Below are positions 21,540 to 30,093 of a DNA stretch of 64,000 nt, in pieces (within the stretch, counting starts at the first letter, position 1; each line of letters opens with the position of its first letter). The translations under genes and the position numbers were made by a program. Source of the DNA: Gammaproteobacteria bacterium (GTDB lineage Bacteria; Pseudomonadota; Gammaproteobacteria; S012-40); the NCBI GenBank assembly GCA_015487785.1, contig WFPC01000015.1, positions 51,942 through 115,941 on the forward strand, written 5' to 3'. Below the pieces are notes generated by a model. It made no database searches. It worked only from the letters and a program-made list of their open reading frames with translations, and had not been told where the DNA came from.

Positions 21540-23255
21540 TCAGCCCAGCAGGAAAAACAGCAGCACCAGATTGGTGATGAACAAGACGATGGCCAGGCTG
21601 CGCCAGAAGGCGGTGGGATTCCTTTCCAGCAGGGAGGCTTCTTGTTTTTTTACCAGCTCGGGGTTGGGGTGGGTGAGATCTTGCAGGAATTCCGACAACA
21701 CCTTGTAGCGGCGTTCGGGATTCAGGCGCACGGCTTTTTCCAGCGCGGCATCAACCCAGGCGGGAATCTCAGGGTTGATGTGATTGATGGGGCGATAGCG
21801 TACCCGCTTGAGATTGCGCGCCGACAGCGGGCCTCCATAGGGTAGCTTGCCGCACAGCATCTCATAGGTGATGACGCCGATGGAATAGATGTCGGACAGG
21901 TGTGTGCCGGGGTAGCCAAGAAAGTATTCCGGCGCGGAATAGTCCAAGGTGCCCAGCAGGGCGCCGCGTTCGATGGGAGCGGCGATCTCCTGCATGCCGG
22001 CGATCTTGGTGGAACCGAAGTCGATGATCTTGAGGGTGCCGTGCTCGTCGAGCATGATGTTTTCCGGCTTCAGGTCCTGATGCACCATTTCCTGGCGCAA
22101 CAGGGCGCGTACGCCCTTGATGAGTTGCCCGACGATCTCGCGCGCTTCTGCCAGCGGGGGGTTGGGATGGTCGTTCATCCATTGGCGCAGTGACTGTCCC
22201 TCGATGTATTCGGTAAGATAGTAGAGAAAACGTCGTGGACGCGGTGGTTCGATCACTTTGAGCACATGGGGGCTGTTGATGCGTCGTCCGGCCCATTCCT
22301 CGTGCAGGAAACCATCGATGTATTGGGGATCATCCTCGAAGTTCACCGAGGGTGTTTTCATGGCCCATTTCTGCCCGGATGCCGTGTCCAGCACCAGGTA
22401 GACCTGGGTACGCTTGCTGGCATGGATTTCCCGGATCACCTTGTAGCCGTCGATAATCTGGCCGGCCTGCAGCGGTGGCGGGAAGGGCAGCTCGGTAAGC
22501 TGTCGATAGAACTCTTCCTCGTTTTGATTGGGTAGGGATTCTATTTCACATACTTGGCAGGTCACATTGTCGTGGCTGCCATTGGCCAGGGCCTGCTTGA
22601 CGATCTGGCGTGCGGCGCGGTCGGGATTGTCGCGGTACTTCTGTACCAGGGCGATCATATCCTTGGCATGCAGGTATTCATATACCCCGTCGGTGGCGAG
22701 AATGAAAATATCGCCCACCTCCAGCGGCAGGTTGCGATAGTCGATGTCGATGTTGAGATCGGCCCCCATGGCGCGGGCGAGGAAGGCCTTGCTTTCCGAG
22801 GCCCAGGTGGTGTGGTCGCGGGTAAGCCGTTCCAGTTCATTGCCGCGCAGGCGATAGATGCGTGAATCGCCCACGTGGAAGATGTGCGCGGTGGTGGATT
22901 TGAGCACCAGCACACTGAGGGTGGTGAGCATGCCTTGGCCGGTATAGTTGATACGGGCGCTTTCGCCATAGAGCCAGCGATTGAGGGCGCCGAGGATGCG
23001 CTGGCCGGAGGTTTTTACCGTCCAGGACTCCGGAGTACTGTAATAATCCAGCATAAAACCTTTGACGCAGGCCTCGCTGGCCTGGCGGCCGGCAGCGCTG
23101 CTGCTGACGCCGTCCGCCACCATGAGGGTTATGCCCTTGGTGGTGAGCAGAGGTTCTTCCGGAACCTTGATGCCGCAACAATCCTGGTTTTCGGACTTGA
23201 TGCCCTTCTCGCTCAGTTGGCCGGCGCGTATGGCCAGGCTGGAGGTAGTGCCCAT
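21540..23255 (-). CDS. Bifunctional PP2C-family phosphatase / Ser-Thr protein kinase with C-terminal transmembrane anchor
   Basis: N-terminal PP2C motifs (SENQDCCG, MVADGVSS, HVGDSRIY, TRDHT, ATDG, GSHDNVT). Central Hanks kinase (KTPSVNFEDD..., HQDLKPENIML, DFGSTK, APEY). C-terminal TM helix WRSLAIVLFITNLVLLFFLLG. 5 nt downstream of narK. Confidence 0.85.
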   Translation of the reverse strand: MGTTSSLAIRAGQLSEKGIKSENQDCCGIKVPEEPLLTTKGITLMVADGVSSSAAGRQASEACVKGFMLDYYSTPESWTVKTSGQRILGALNRWLYGESARINYTGQGMLTTLSVLVLKSTTAHIFHVGDSRIYRLRGNELERLTRDHTTWASESKAFLARAMGADLNIDIDYRNLPLEVGDIFILATDGVYEYLHAKDMIALVQKYRDNPDRAARQIVKQALANGSHDNVTCQVCEIESLPNQNEEEFYRQLTELPFPPPLQAGQIIDGYKVIREIHASKRTQVYLVLDTASGQKWAMKTPSVNFEDDPQYIDGFLHEEWAGRRINSPHVLKVIEPPRPRRFLYYLTEYIEGQSLRQWMNDHPNPPLAEAREIVGQLIKGVRALLRQEMVHQDLKPENIMLDEHGTLKIIDFGSTKIAGMQEIAAPIERGALLGTLDYSAPEYFLGYPGTHLSDIYSIGVITYEMLCGKLPYGGPLSARNLKRVRYRPINHINPEIPAWVDAALEKAVRLNPERRYKVLSEFLQDLTHPNPELVKKQEASLLERNPTAFWRSLAIVLFITNLVLLFFLLG

Positions 23256-23259
23256 GGGT

Positions 23260-24729
23260 TCAGTGTACGTCGATCATTTGCACGGTGCCATCGGGCAGGG
23301 TTTCCACCATCGCGCCGCGAGGCTCTTCCATGAAGAAATACACCAGCACCAGGGTCAGCACGGCAGCGCCGGCAATGGTCAGGAAGAAGGCCATCGGTGA
23401 TACGAAGGACAACACGGTGAGAAAGACCACTGCGCCCACATTGCCATAGGCGCCGGTCATGCCGGCAATCTGGCCGGTGAGACGACGTTTGATCAGTGGC
23501 ACCATGGCAAACACCGCGCCTTCGCCGGCCTGTACGAAAAAGGAACACAGCATGGTCACGGCCACGGCCAGGAAAAGAGGCCATTGGGCGTCTATCTGGC
23601 TCATGAGAACATAGCCCAGGCTCAGGCAGGCGAGCAGGATCAGCATGGTCTTTCGTCGACCGAATTTGTCGCTGAACAAACCGCCGCTGGGGCGTGAGAC
23701 CAGGTTCATGAAGGCATAGCCAGAGGCCAGCATGCCGGCCATCACAGCCGAGAGTTGGAAAGTGTCCTGGAAGAACAGGGGCAGCATGGACACCACCGCC
23801 AGCTCGGAGCCGAAGGTGACGAAATAGGCCAGGTTGAGAATAGCTACCTGCTTGAAGGAATAACGCTCGATTTCCGGCACGGGTTTCTCGAACACGTGCT
23901 TGTTGATGCGGTGTATGTGGAACAGCTGATAGAGAAAGATGAGTGCCAGGCTGCCATAGAGAGTGATGACCACGGCCTCTCCGAGCATCTCCAGGTTGCC
24001 GGGGCCCAGCTTCCAGGTGAGGATGGCCAGGGCACCGTACAGGGGCAGGTTCATGATGACGTAGAGAATGAAATCTCCCTTGCTGGTGACTTCCATGGCG
24101 CCGGTCTTCTTGGGTTTGAAATAGGTAGAGCCCTTGGGGGTGTTGCGGGCGGAAAAATAGAACACGAAGGAATATACCAGGGCGATGGCTCCCGTGGTGG
24201 CGATGGCGTAGCGCCAGCCGTTTTCGCCGCCGTAGAGCATGGCCAGGGTGGGCAGGGTCAGGGCCGCAGCGGCGGAGCCGAAATTGCCCCAGCCGCCATA
24301 GATACCCTCGGCCAGGCCCACCTCCCTGGCCGGAAACCACTCGGCAATCAGACGGATACCCACCACGAAACCAGCACCCACGAAGCCCAGCAGGAAGCGC
24401 AACAGGGCAAGTTGTTCATAGTCGTCGGCAAGGGCGAAGCCAAAACAGATCACGCTGGAAATGGAGAGCAGGGCGGCAAACATGATACGCGGACCCAGCT
24501 TGTCCACCAGCATGCCGACGATGATGCGCGCGGGGATGGTGAGAGCGACATTGAGAATGAGCAAGGCCTTGACCTCTTGATCGGTTAGGCCGAAGGTCTC
24601 GCGAATGGCTCCCAGCAGGGGAGCATGGTTGAACCACACGAAAAAACAGAGGAAGAAGGCCAGCCAAGACAAGTGCAGAATCCTGGTCTTGCCGGAAAAG
24701 GAAAGCAGCTTGAGTTTTGCGTCGGTCAT
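23260..24729 (-). CDS. narK: Nitrate/nitrite transporter, MFS NNP family (NarK/NasA-type)
   Basis: 489 aa, 12-TM MFS. Nitrate signature-like GGWGNFG and GAYGNVGA motifs. Confidence 0.9.
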   Translation of the reverse strand: MTDAKLKLLSFSGKTRILHLSWLAFFLCFFVWFNHAPLLGAIRETFGLTDQEVKALLILNVALTIPARIIVGMLVDKLGPRIMFAALLSISSVICFGFALADDYEQLALLRFLLGFVGAGFVVGIRLIAEWFPAREVGLAEGIYGGWGNFGSAAAALTLPTLAMLYGGENGWRYAIATTGAIALVYSFVFYFSARNTPKGSTYFKPKKTGAMEVTSKGDFILYVIMNLPLYGALAILTWKLGPGNLEMLGEAVVITLYGSLALIFLYQLFHIHRINKHVFEKPVPEIERYSFKQVAILNLAYFVTFGSELAVVSMLPLFFQDTFQLSAVMAGMLASGYAFMNLVSRPSGGLFSDKFGRRKTMLILLACLSLGYVLMSQIDAQWPLFLAVAVTMLCSFFVQAGEGAVFAMVPLIKRRLTGQIAGMTGAYGNVGAVVFLTVLSFVSPMAFFLTIAGAAVLTLVLVYFFMEEPRGAMVETLPDGTVQMIDVH

Positions 24730-24762
24730 CGGGACGACTCCAGGTAAAACTTTTCCAGCTCC

Positions 24763-24779
24763 TAGCTAAAATCGTGCCA
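24763..24779 (-). promoter_or_regulatory. Putative sigma54 (-24/-12) promoter for narK-kinase operon
   Basis: Minus-strand TTGGCACGATTTTAGCT versus TGGCACG-N4-TTGCW, with correct GG-N10-GC spacing. About 35-50 nt upstream of the narK start. Confidence 0.5.
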
Positions 24780-24931
24780 ATACATTAATTGTTTGTTTTT
24801 TAAAGTCTAATTTATCTACAGGGTGCATTTTTCAAATTGCCCGTGCCTCAAAAACGGGCCTTGTGGTCTCGCTTTTTCCGTGATGCACCAAAAAAGAGCC
24901 GGGAATGTTTGCGTCGGTATTCTTGATTCAT

Positions 24932-24961
24932 CTGGTGCGAGTCCCGGTTTGTACGCACCAG
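24932..24961. promoter_or_regulatory. Perfect 8-bp-arm inverted repeat between the divergent sigma54 promoters (candidate enhancer/regulator site)
   Basis: ctggtgcg-agtcccggtttgta-cgcaccag. GGTGC/GCACC half-sites recall NtrC-type sites. A further GCACC lies at about 24885. Confidence 0.35.
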
Positions 24962-25055
24962 AATAGAGCAAGCGGCGGCCAAAGGACGTCGCCAAAACGA
25001 GATCGATGCCGGATGAAATGAGATATTTCTTTTACAGTCAATATGATATGCCAAT

Positions 25056-25071
25056 TGGTCCAAATGTTGCT
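25056..25071 (+). promoter_or_regulatory. Putative sigma54 (-24/-12) promoter for nirBD-nasC operon
   Basis: TGGTCCAAATGTTGCT versus TGGCAC-N5-TTGCW with GG-N10-GC spacing. About 40 nt upstream of the nirB ATG. Confidence 0.5.
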
Positions 25072-25110
25072 TGATGGACTGGCTTTAAGACTTAGGACCC
25101 GGAGTAGGCA

Positions 25111-27549
25111 ATGCGAGAGAAACTAGTCCTGATCGGAAATGGTATGGCCGGGGTGCGCACCATCGAAGAACTGTTGAAGATAGCGCCCGAGAAGTACGAC
25201 ATCACCATTTTTGGCGCTGAACCCTATGGTAACTACAACCGCATCCTGTTGTCGCCGGTGCTGGCCGGTGAAAAGACCATAGAAGAAATCATGCTCAATG
25301 ACGAGCAGTGGTATCGCGACAACGGTATTCGCCTGCACAAGGGCAAGAAGGTGATCAAGATCGATCGCCGCCAGCGCAAGGTGATCGCCGAGGACGGCAC
25401 CGAGGAATCCTATGATCGCCTGTTGCTGGCCACCGGCTCCAACCCGTTCATTATCCCCGTGCCAGGCAACGACCTGGAGGGCGTGATCACCTTCCGTGAC
25501 ATCCATGATGTGGACCGCATGTTGGAGGCCACAAGGAAACACAAACACGCGGTGGTCATCGGCGGTGGCCTGTTGGGGCTGGAAGCGGCCAATGGGCTGA
25601 TGCAGCACGGCATGCATGTCACCGTGGTGCATATCACCGACACCTTGATGGAGCGCCAGTTGGACAAGGAGGCCGGTGCTCTGCTGCAGAAATCCCTGGA
25701 AGAACGCGGCATGAATTTTCTCATGTCCCATGTCACCGAGGCAATTCTCGGGGAGGAGCGTGTCAAGGGCGTGCGCTTCGCCAACGGCCTGGAGATTGCC
25801 GCCGACATCGTGGTAATGGCGGTGGGCATTCGGCCCAATATGGAACTGGCTCTCAATGCCGGCATCTATTGCGAGCGTGGCGTGGTGGTCAACGACACCA
25901 TGCAGACCTATGATCCGCGCATCTACGCCGTTGGTGAATGCGTGCAACATCGCGGGGTCACCTATGGACTGGTGGCGCCTCTGTTCGAACAAGCCAAGGT
26001 GGCGGCCAATCATCTGGCCGAATACGGCATTGGCCGTTACGAGGGCTCGGTAACGTCCACCAAGCTTAAGGTGACCGGTATCGACCTGTTCTCCGCCGGC
26101 GATTTCATCGGTGACGAGACCACCGAAGAAATCGTGATGAAGGATGCCGCCCGCGGTGTCTACAAGAAAGTGGTGCTCAAGGACAATCGCGTGGTCGGCG
26201 CGGTGATGTATGGCGATACCGTGGATGGTGCCTGGTATTTCCAATTGTTGCGTGACAAGACCGATGTCAGCGATATCCGCGACCATCTGATGTTGGGGCA
26301 GGCCCACCTGGGTGACGCGGGCCATGGCGGGCAGAATGCCGCCGCGGCCATGAGTGACGACATGGAGGTTTGTGGCTGTAACGGAGTTTGCAAGGGCGAT
26401 ATCGTCAAGGCCATTACCGAAAAGAAACTGTTTACCCTGGACGATGTGCGCGCACACACCAAGGCATCGGCCTCGTGTGGTTCCTGTACTGGTCTGGTGG
26501 AGCAGATTCTGGCTTCCACCCTGGGCGGGGATTACTCCGCCGCTCCCCATGCCAAGCCCCTGTGCAAATGTACCGACTACACCCATGATGAGGTGCGCGC
26601 CGCCATCAAGGAGCAAAAACTCACCTCCATCCGTGCGGTGCAGAAATTCCTCGAATGGAAAACCCCCGACGGTTGTCATGTCTGCCGCCCGGCGCTCAAT
26701 TACTATGTGATCGCCGCCTGGCCGGCGGAGGCCAAGGACGACCCACAGTCCCGCTTTATCAACGAGCGCGCGCATGCCAACATCCAGAAAGATGGCACTT
26801 ACTCGGTGGTGCCACGTATGTGGGGAGGGCTCACTTCACCCAAGGAATTGCGCGCCATCGCCGATGTGGTGGAGAAGTTCAATATTCCCACGGTGAAAGT
26901 CACCGGTGGCCAGCGCATCGATCTTCTGGGTGTACGCAAGGAAGACTTGCCAGCGGTCTGGAAAGACCTCAACGATGCAGGCATGGTTTCCGGTCACGCC
27001 TATGGCAAGTCCTTGCGCACGGTAAAGACGTGTGTGGGTCAGGAATGGTGCCGTTTTGGAACCCAGTTCTCCATGTCCATGGGGGTGAAGCTGGAGCAGA
27101 TCACCTGGGGTTCATGGATGCCGCACAAGTTCAAGATGGCGGTATCCGGTTGTCCACGCAACTGTGCTGAGGCGACCATCAAGGACTTTGGTGTGGTGGC
27201 GGTGGAATCCGGCTGGGAACTGCATGTGGGTGGCAATGGCGGCGTGAAGGTGCGCGCCACCGACCTGTTGTGCAAGGTGGCTACCGAGGAAGAGGTGATC
27301 GATCACTGCCTGGCATTCATTCAGCTCTATCGCGAAGAGGCTCATTATCTGGAACGCACCGCGCCCTGGATCGAGCGCGTGGGCCTGAGCTATGTCAAGC
27401 AGCAAATCGTGGAAAATGAAGAGCGCCGCAAGCAATTGCGCGATGCCTTCCTCGAGTCGCAGAAATACATGCAGAAGGATCCCTGGAAGGAGCGCGCCAG
27501 TGAGGGCGTGGAGAAACATGAGTTCGTACCAATCAAGCAGGTGAGTTGA
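25111..27549 (+). CDS. nirB: NAD(P)H-dependent nitrite reductase large subunit
   Basis: 812 aa. N-terminal FAD/NAD Rossmann (LVLIGNGMAG, VVIGGGLLGLE), BFD-like 2Fe-2S region (CGCNGVC...CGSC), C-terminal siroheme/4Fe-4S sulfite-reductase-like domain. Confidence 0.95.
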   Translation: MREKLVLIGNGMAGVRTIEELLKIAPEKYDITIFGAEPYGNYNRILLSPVLAGEKTIEEIMLNDEQWYRDNGIRLHKGKKVIKIDRRQRKVIAEDGTEESYDRLLLATGSNPFIIPVPGNDLEGVITFRDIHDVDRMLEATRKHKHAVVIGGGLLGLEAANGLMQHGMHVTVVHITDTLMERQLDKEAGALLQKSLEERGMNFLMSHVTEAILGEERVKGVRFANGLEIAADIVVMAVGIRPNMELALNAGIYCERGVVVNDTMQTYDPRIYAVGECVQHRGVTYGLVAPLFEQAKVAANHLAEYGIGRYEGSVTSTKLKVTGIDLFSAGDFIGDETTEEIVMKDAARGVYKKVVLKDNRVVGAVMYGDTVDGAWYFQLLRDKTDVSDIRDHLMLGQAHLGDAGHGGQNAAAAMSDDMEVCGCNGVCKGDIVKAITEKKLFTLDDVRAHTKASASCGSCTGLVEQILASTLGGDYSAAPHAKPLCKCTDYTHDEVRAAIKEQKLTSIRAVQKFLEWKTPDGCHVCRPALNYYVIAAWPAEAKDDPQSRFINERAHANIQKDGTYSVVPRMWGGLTSPKELRAIADVVEKFNIPTVKVTGGQRIDLLGVRKEDLPAVWKDLNDAGMVSGHAYGKSLRTVKTCVGQEWCRFGTQFSMSMGVKLEQITWGSWMPHKFKMAVSGCPRNCAEATIKDFGVVAVESGWELHVGGNGGVKVRATDLLCKVATEEEVIDHCLAFIQLYREEAHYLERTAPWIERVGLSYVKQQIVENEERRKQLRDAFLESQKYMQKDPWKERASEGVEKHEFVPIKQVS

Positions 27550-27550
27550 A

Positions 27551-27859
27551 ATGGCAGAGTGGATTGAAGTAGGCCCGCTGGACGAGATTCCCCGTCTAGG
27601 GGCGCGGGTGATCAAGGGCGATGAAGGCAATATTGCCATATTCCGTACTTCCAGCGATGAGGTTTTCGCCCTTGCAGACCGATGTCCGCACAAGGGTGGC
27701 CCCCTGTCCCAGGGTATCGTGCATGGTAACAGCGTGACTTGTCCCCTGCACAACTGGGTCATTGGTTTCGAGGATGGTGAAGCCAGGGCCCCGGACGAGG
27801 GTTGTACAGCCACCTATCCGGTGAAGGTCGAGAACGAGGTTGTTTTCATCCAACTCTGA
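27551..27859 (+). CDS. nirD: Nitrite reductase small subunit (Rieske-like)
   Basis: 102 aa. CPHKGGPLSQG...CPLHNW Rieske-type motif pair. Confidence 0.9.
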   Translation: MAEWIEVGPLDEIPRLGARVIKGDEGNIAIFRTSSDEVFALADRCPHKGGPLSQGIVHGNSVTCPLHNWVIGFEDGEARAPDEGCTATYPVKVENEVVFIQL

Positions 27860-27883
27860 GAACACCGACAGGAGTGCCGAGAT

Positions 27884-30076
27884 ATGCTATTTGGACGCAA
27901 AGACAGAAAACCCATCAAACTTCCCGGCAAGGACCCGGAGGTGAAGGAATGGCGCTATACCACCTGTGGCTATTGTTCCACCGGTTGTTCCATTGAGGTG
28001 GGTGTCAACGAGCAGGGCGAGGGTGTGCGCGCCCGTGGTGTGGGGGGTGCCCATGTCAATCGGGGAAAATTATGCCTGAAAGGGATCTTCGAGCACGAAT
28101 TGTTCAGCTCCGCTGGGCGCGGTACCACACCCCTGATGCGCGACAAGACCTTCGAGGATTTTCGCCAGGTTTCCTGGGATCAGGCCTTGGATCGTACCGC
28201 GGCCGAAATCAAGCGTATCCAAGAGACCTATGGGCGTGACAGTTTCGCCATCGTCTCTACCGGCCAGATTCTCACCGAGGAATTCTATACCTTGGGCAAG
28301 CTGGCCCGTGGTGTGATCGGTACCAACAACTACGATGGCAACACGACCTTGTGCATGGCCTCGGCGGTGTCCGGCTACAAGCGTTCCTTTGGCTCCGATG
28401 GCCCACCCGGTTGTTACGACGATTTCGAACACACCGAATGCCTGCTGGCCATTGGTTCCAACCTGCCAGAGCAGCATCCGATCATTTTCTGGCGCCTACG
28501 TCAGGCGTTAGAGAAGCGCAAGTTTCCCGTCATCGTGGTGGATCCGCGGGTAACCATGTTTGCCCAGATGGCCGATATGCATCTGCCCATCACGCCGGGA
28601 ACCGATGTGGTGTTGCTCAACAGCCTGGCCCACGTAATCCTGGACGAGGGCCTGGAGGACCGGGCCTATATCGAGGCCCACACCAGTGGTTTCGACGAGT
28701 TCGCCCAATTGGTGGCGCAATACGATCCGGTGAGCGCCTCGCGTATCTGTGGCATCGACGAGGACACCATTCGCAACGTGGCCCGGCTCTATGCCAAGGC
28801 CGGGGCGGCCATGACCATCTGGACCATGGGTATCAACCAGAGTACCCATGGCTCCGATGGCGTGGTGGGTATCAACAACCTCAATCTCATCACCGGCAAT
28901 ATCGGCAAACCCGGTGGTACCTCGCTGTCCATCACCGGACAGTGTAACGCCATGGGTACCCGCGAGTGGTCGTCGTGTTCGGGGCTGCCCGGTTATCGTT
29001 TGCTGGAGAACGAGCAGCATCGCAAGGAAATCGCCGAGTTCTGGGGTATCGACCCGGAGTTCTTCCCCAAGAAACGCGGCCTGTTCCAGACCGATATTTT
29101 CCCTGCCATCGAAACCGGCCAGATCAAGGGACTGTGGCTGGTGGCCACCAATCCCATGACGTCCATGCCCAATACGGCACGTATTCGCAAGACCCTGGAG
29201 AAACTGGAGTTCCTGGTGGTGCAGGATGCCTACCAGGACGTGGAGACCACCGAATACGCCCACGTTTACCTGCCGGCGGCCATCTGGGCGGAAAAAGAAG
29301 GTGTCATGACCAATACCGAGCGGCGGGTCAACTACATCAGCAATGTGGTGAAACCCTATGCCGATTCCAAGCCGGATCTGTGGATCTTCAACCAGATGGC
29401 CCAGCGTTTCGAGCAGGGGCGCAAGATCCGCTTTCCGGAAACCGCCCGCGAGGTGTTCGACGAAATGCGCCAGTTGTCCAAGGGGCGCCTGCTGGACATC
29501 TCCGGCATGACCCACGAAAAGATCCAGCAGAATCGCGGCATCCAGTGGCCTATGCCGGAAGGCGCCGAGAGTGGCTCGCCACGGCTGTATACCGATGGCA
29601 AGTTCCAACATCCCGATGGTCGCGCCAAACTGATTCCTCTGCCGTTCGTAGACAACAACGAGCGACCCGACGAGGAGTATCCTTTCTGGCTCAACAGTGG
29701 CCGGGTGGTGGAGCATTTTCACACTCGTACCCGTACCGGCAAGATCGGCAACCTCAACAAGTTCAGCCCTACCCCCTACATGGAGATGAATCCGGATGCG
29801 GCGCAGGAGCTGGGTATCGAGCACATGAGTTATGTGCGCCTGGTCTCGCGCCGGGGCGATGCCGTGGTGTTGGTACAACTGACCCATCGGGTACCGCACA
29901 ACATGGTCTTTATTCCCTTTCATTTCCATGAATGCGTCAATCGCCTCACCCTGGGATTGCTCGATCCCTATTCCCGGCAACCGGCGTTCAAACAGAGCGC
30001 GGTGCGAATCGAGCCCCTGACTGAGGAAGAGAAAGACATGGCGGCACAGATCAATCGCGCCGCCCGCGCCTATTGA
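27884..30076 (+). CDS. nasC: Assimilatory nitrate reductase catalytic subunit, short NarB-like form (molybdopterin oxidoreductase)
   Basis: 730 aa. N-terminal CGYCSTGC-x..-C 4Fe-4S motif and a Mo-bisMGD fold. There is no twin-arginine signal, so the enzyme is cytoplasmic. There is no C-terminal 2Fe-2S/NifU-like extension. Confidence 0.9.
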   Translation: MLFGRKDRKPIKLPGKDPEVKEWRYTTCGYCSTGCSIEVGVNEQGEGVRARGVGGAHVNRGKLCLKGIFEHELFSSAGRGTTPLMRDKTFEDFRQVSWDQALDRTAAEIKRIQETYGRDSFAIVSTGQILTEEFYTLGKLARGVIGTNNYDGNTTLCMASAVSGYKRSFGSDGPPGCYDDFEHTECLLAIGSNLPEQHPIIFWRLRQALEKRKFPVIVVDPRVTMFAQMADMHLPITPGTDVVLLNSLAHVILDEGLEDRAYIEAHTSGFDEFAQLVAQYDPVSASRICGIDEDTIRNVARLYAKAGAAMTIWTMGINQSTHGSDGVVGINNLNLITGNIGKPGGTSLSITGQCNAMGTREWSSCSGLPGYRLLENEQHRKEIAEFWGIDPEFFPKKRGLFQTDIFPAIETGQIKGLWLVATNPMTSMPNTARIRKTLEKLEFLVVQDAYQDVETTEYAHVYLPAAIWAEKEGVMTNTERRVNYISNVVKPYADSKPDLWIFNQMAQRFEQGRKIRFPETAREVFDEMRQLSKGRLLDISGMTHEKIQQNRGIQWPMPEGAESGSPRLYTDGKFQHPDGRAKLIPLPFVDNNERPDEEYPFWLNSGRVVEHFHTRTRTGKIGNLNKFSPTPYMEMNPDAAQELGIEHMSYVRLVSRRGDAVVLVQLTHRVPHNMVFIPFHFHECVNRLTLGLLDPYSRQPAFKQSAVRIEPLTEEEKDMAAQINRAARAY

Positions 30077-30093
30077 GGGAGTGAGAGAAACGC

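Noticed and set aside
21540-21542. Reading the kinase TGA as a sequencing error that fuses kinase and Ig-protein into one receptor-kinase
   Set aside because: A fusion would carry two consecutive hydrophobic helices, leaving the FlgD-Ig domains in the cytoplasm. The second segment also has the n-h-c architecture of a cleavable signal peptide. It is kept only as an alternative in the finding.
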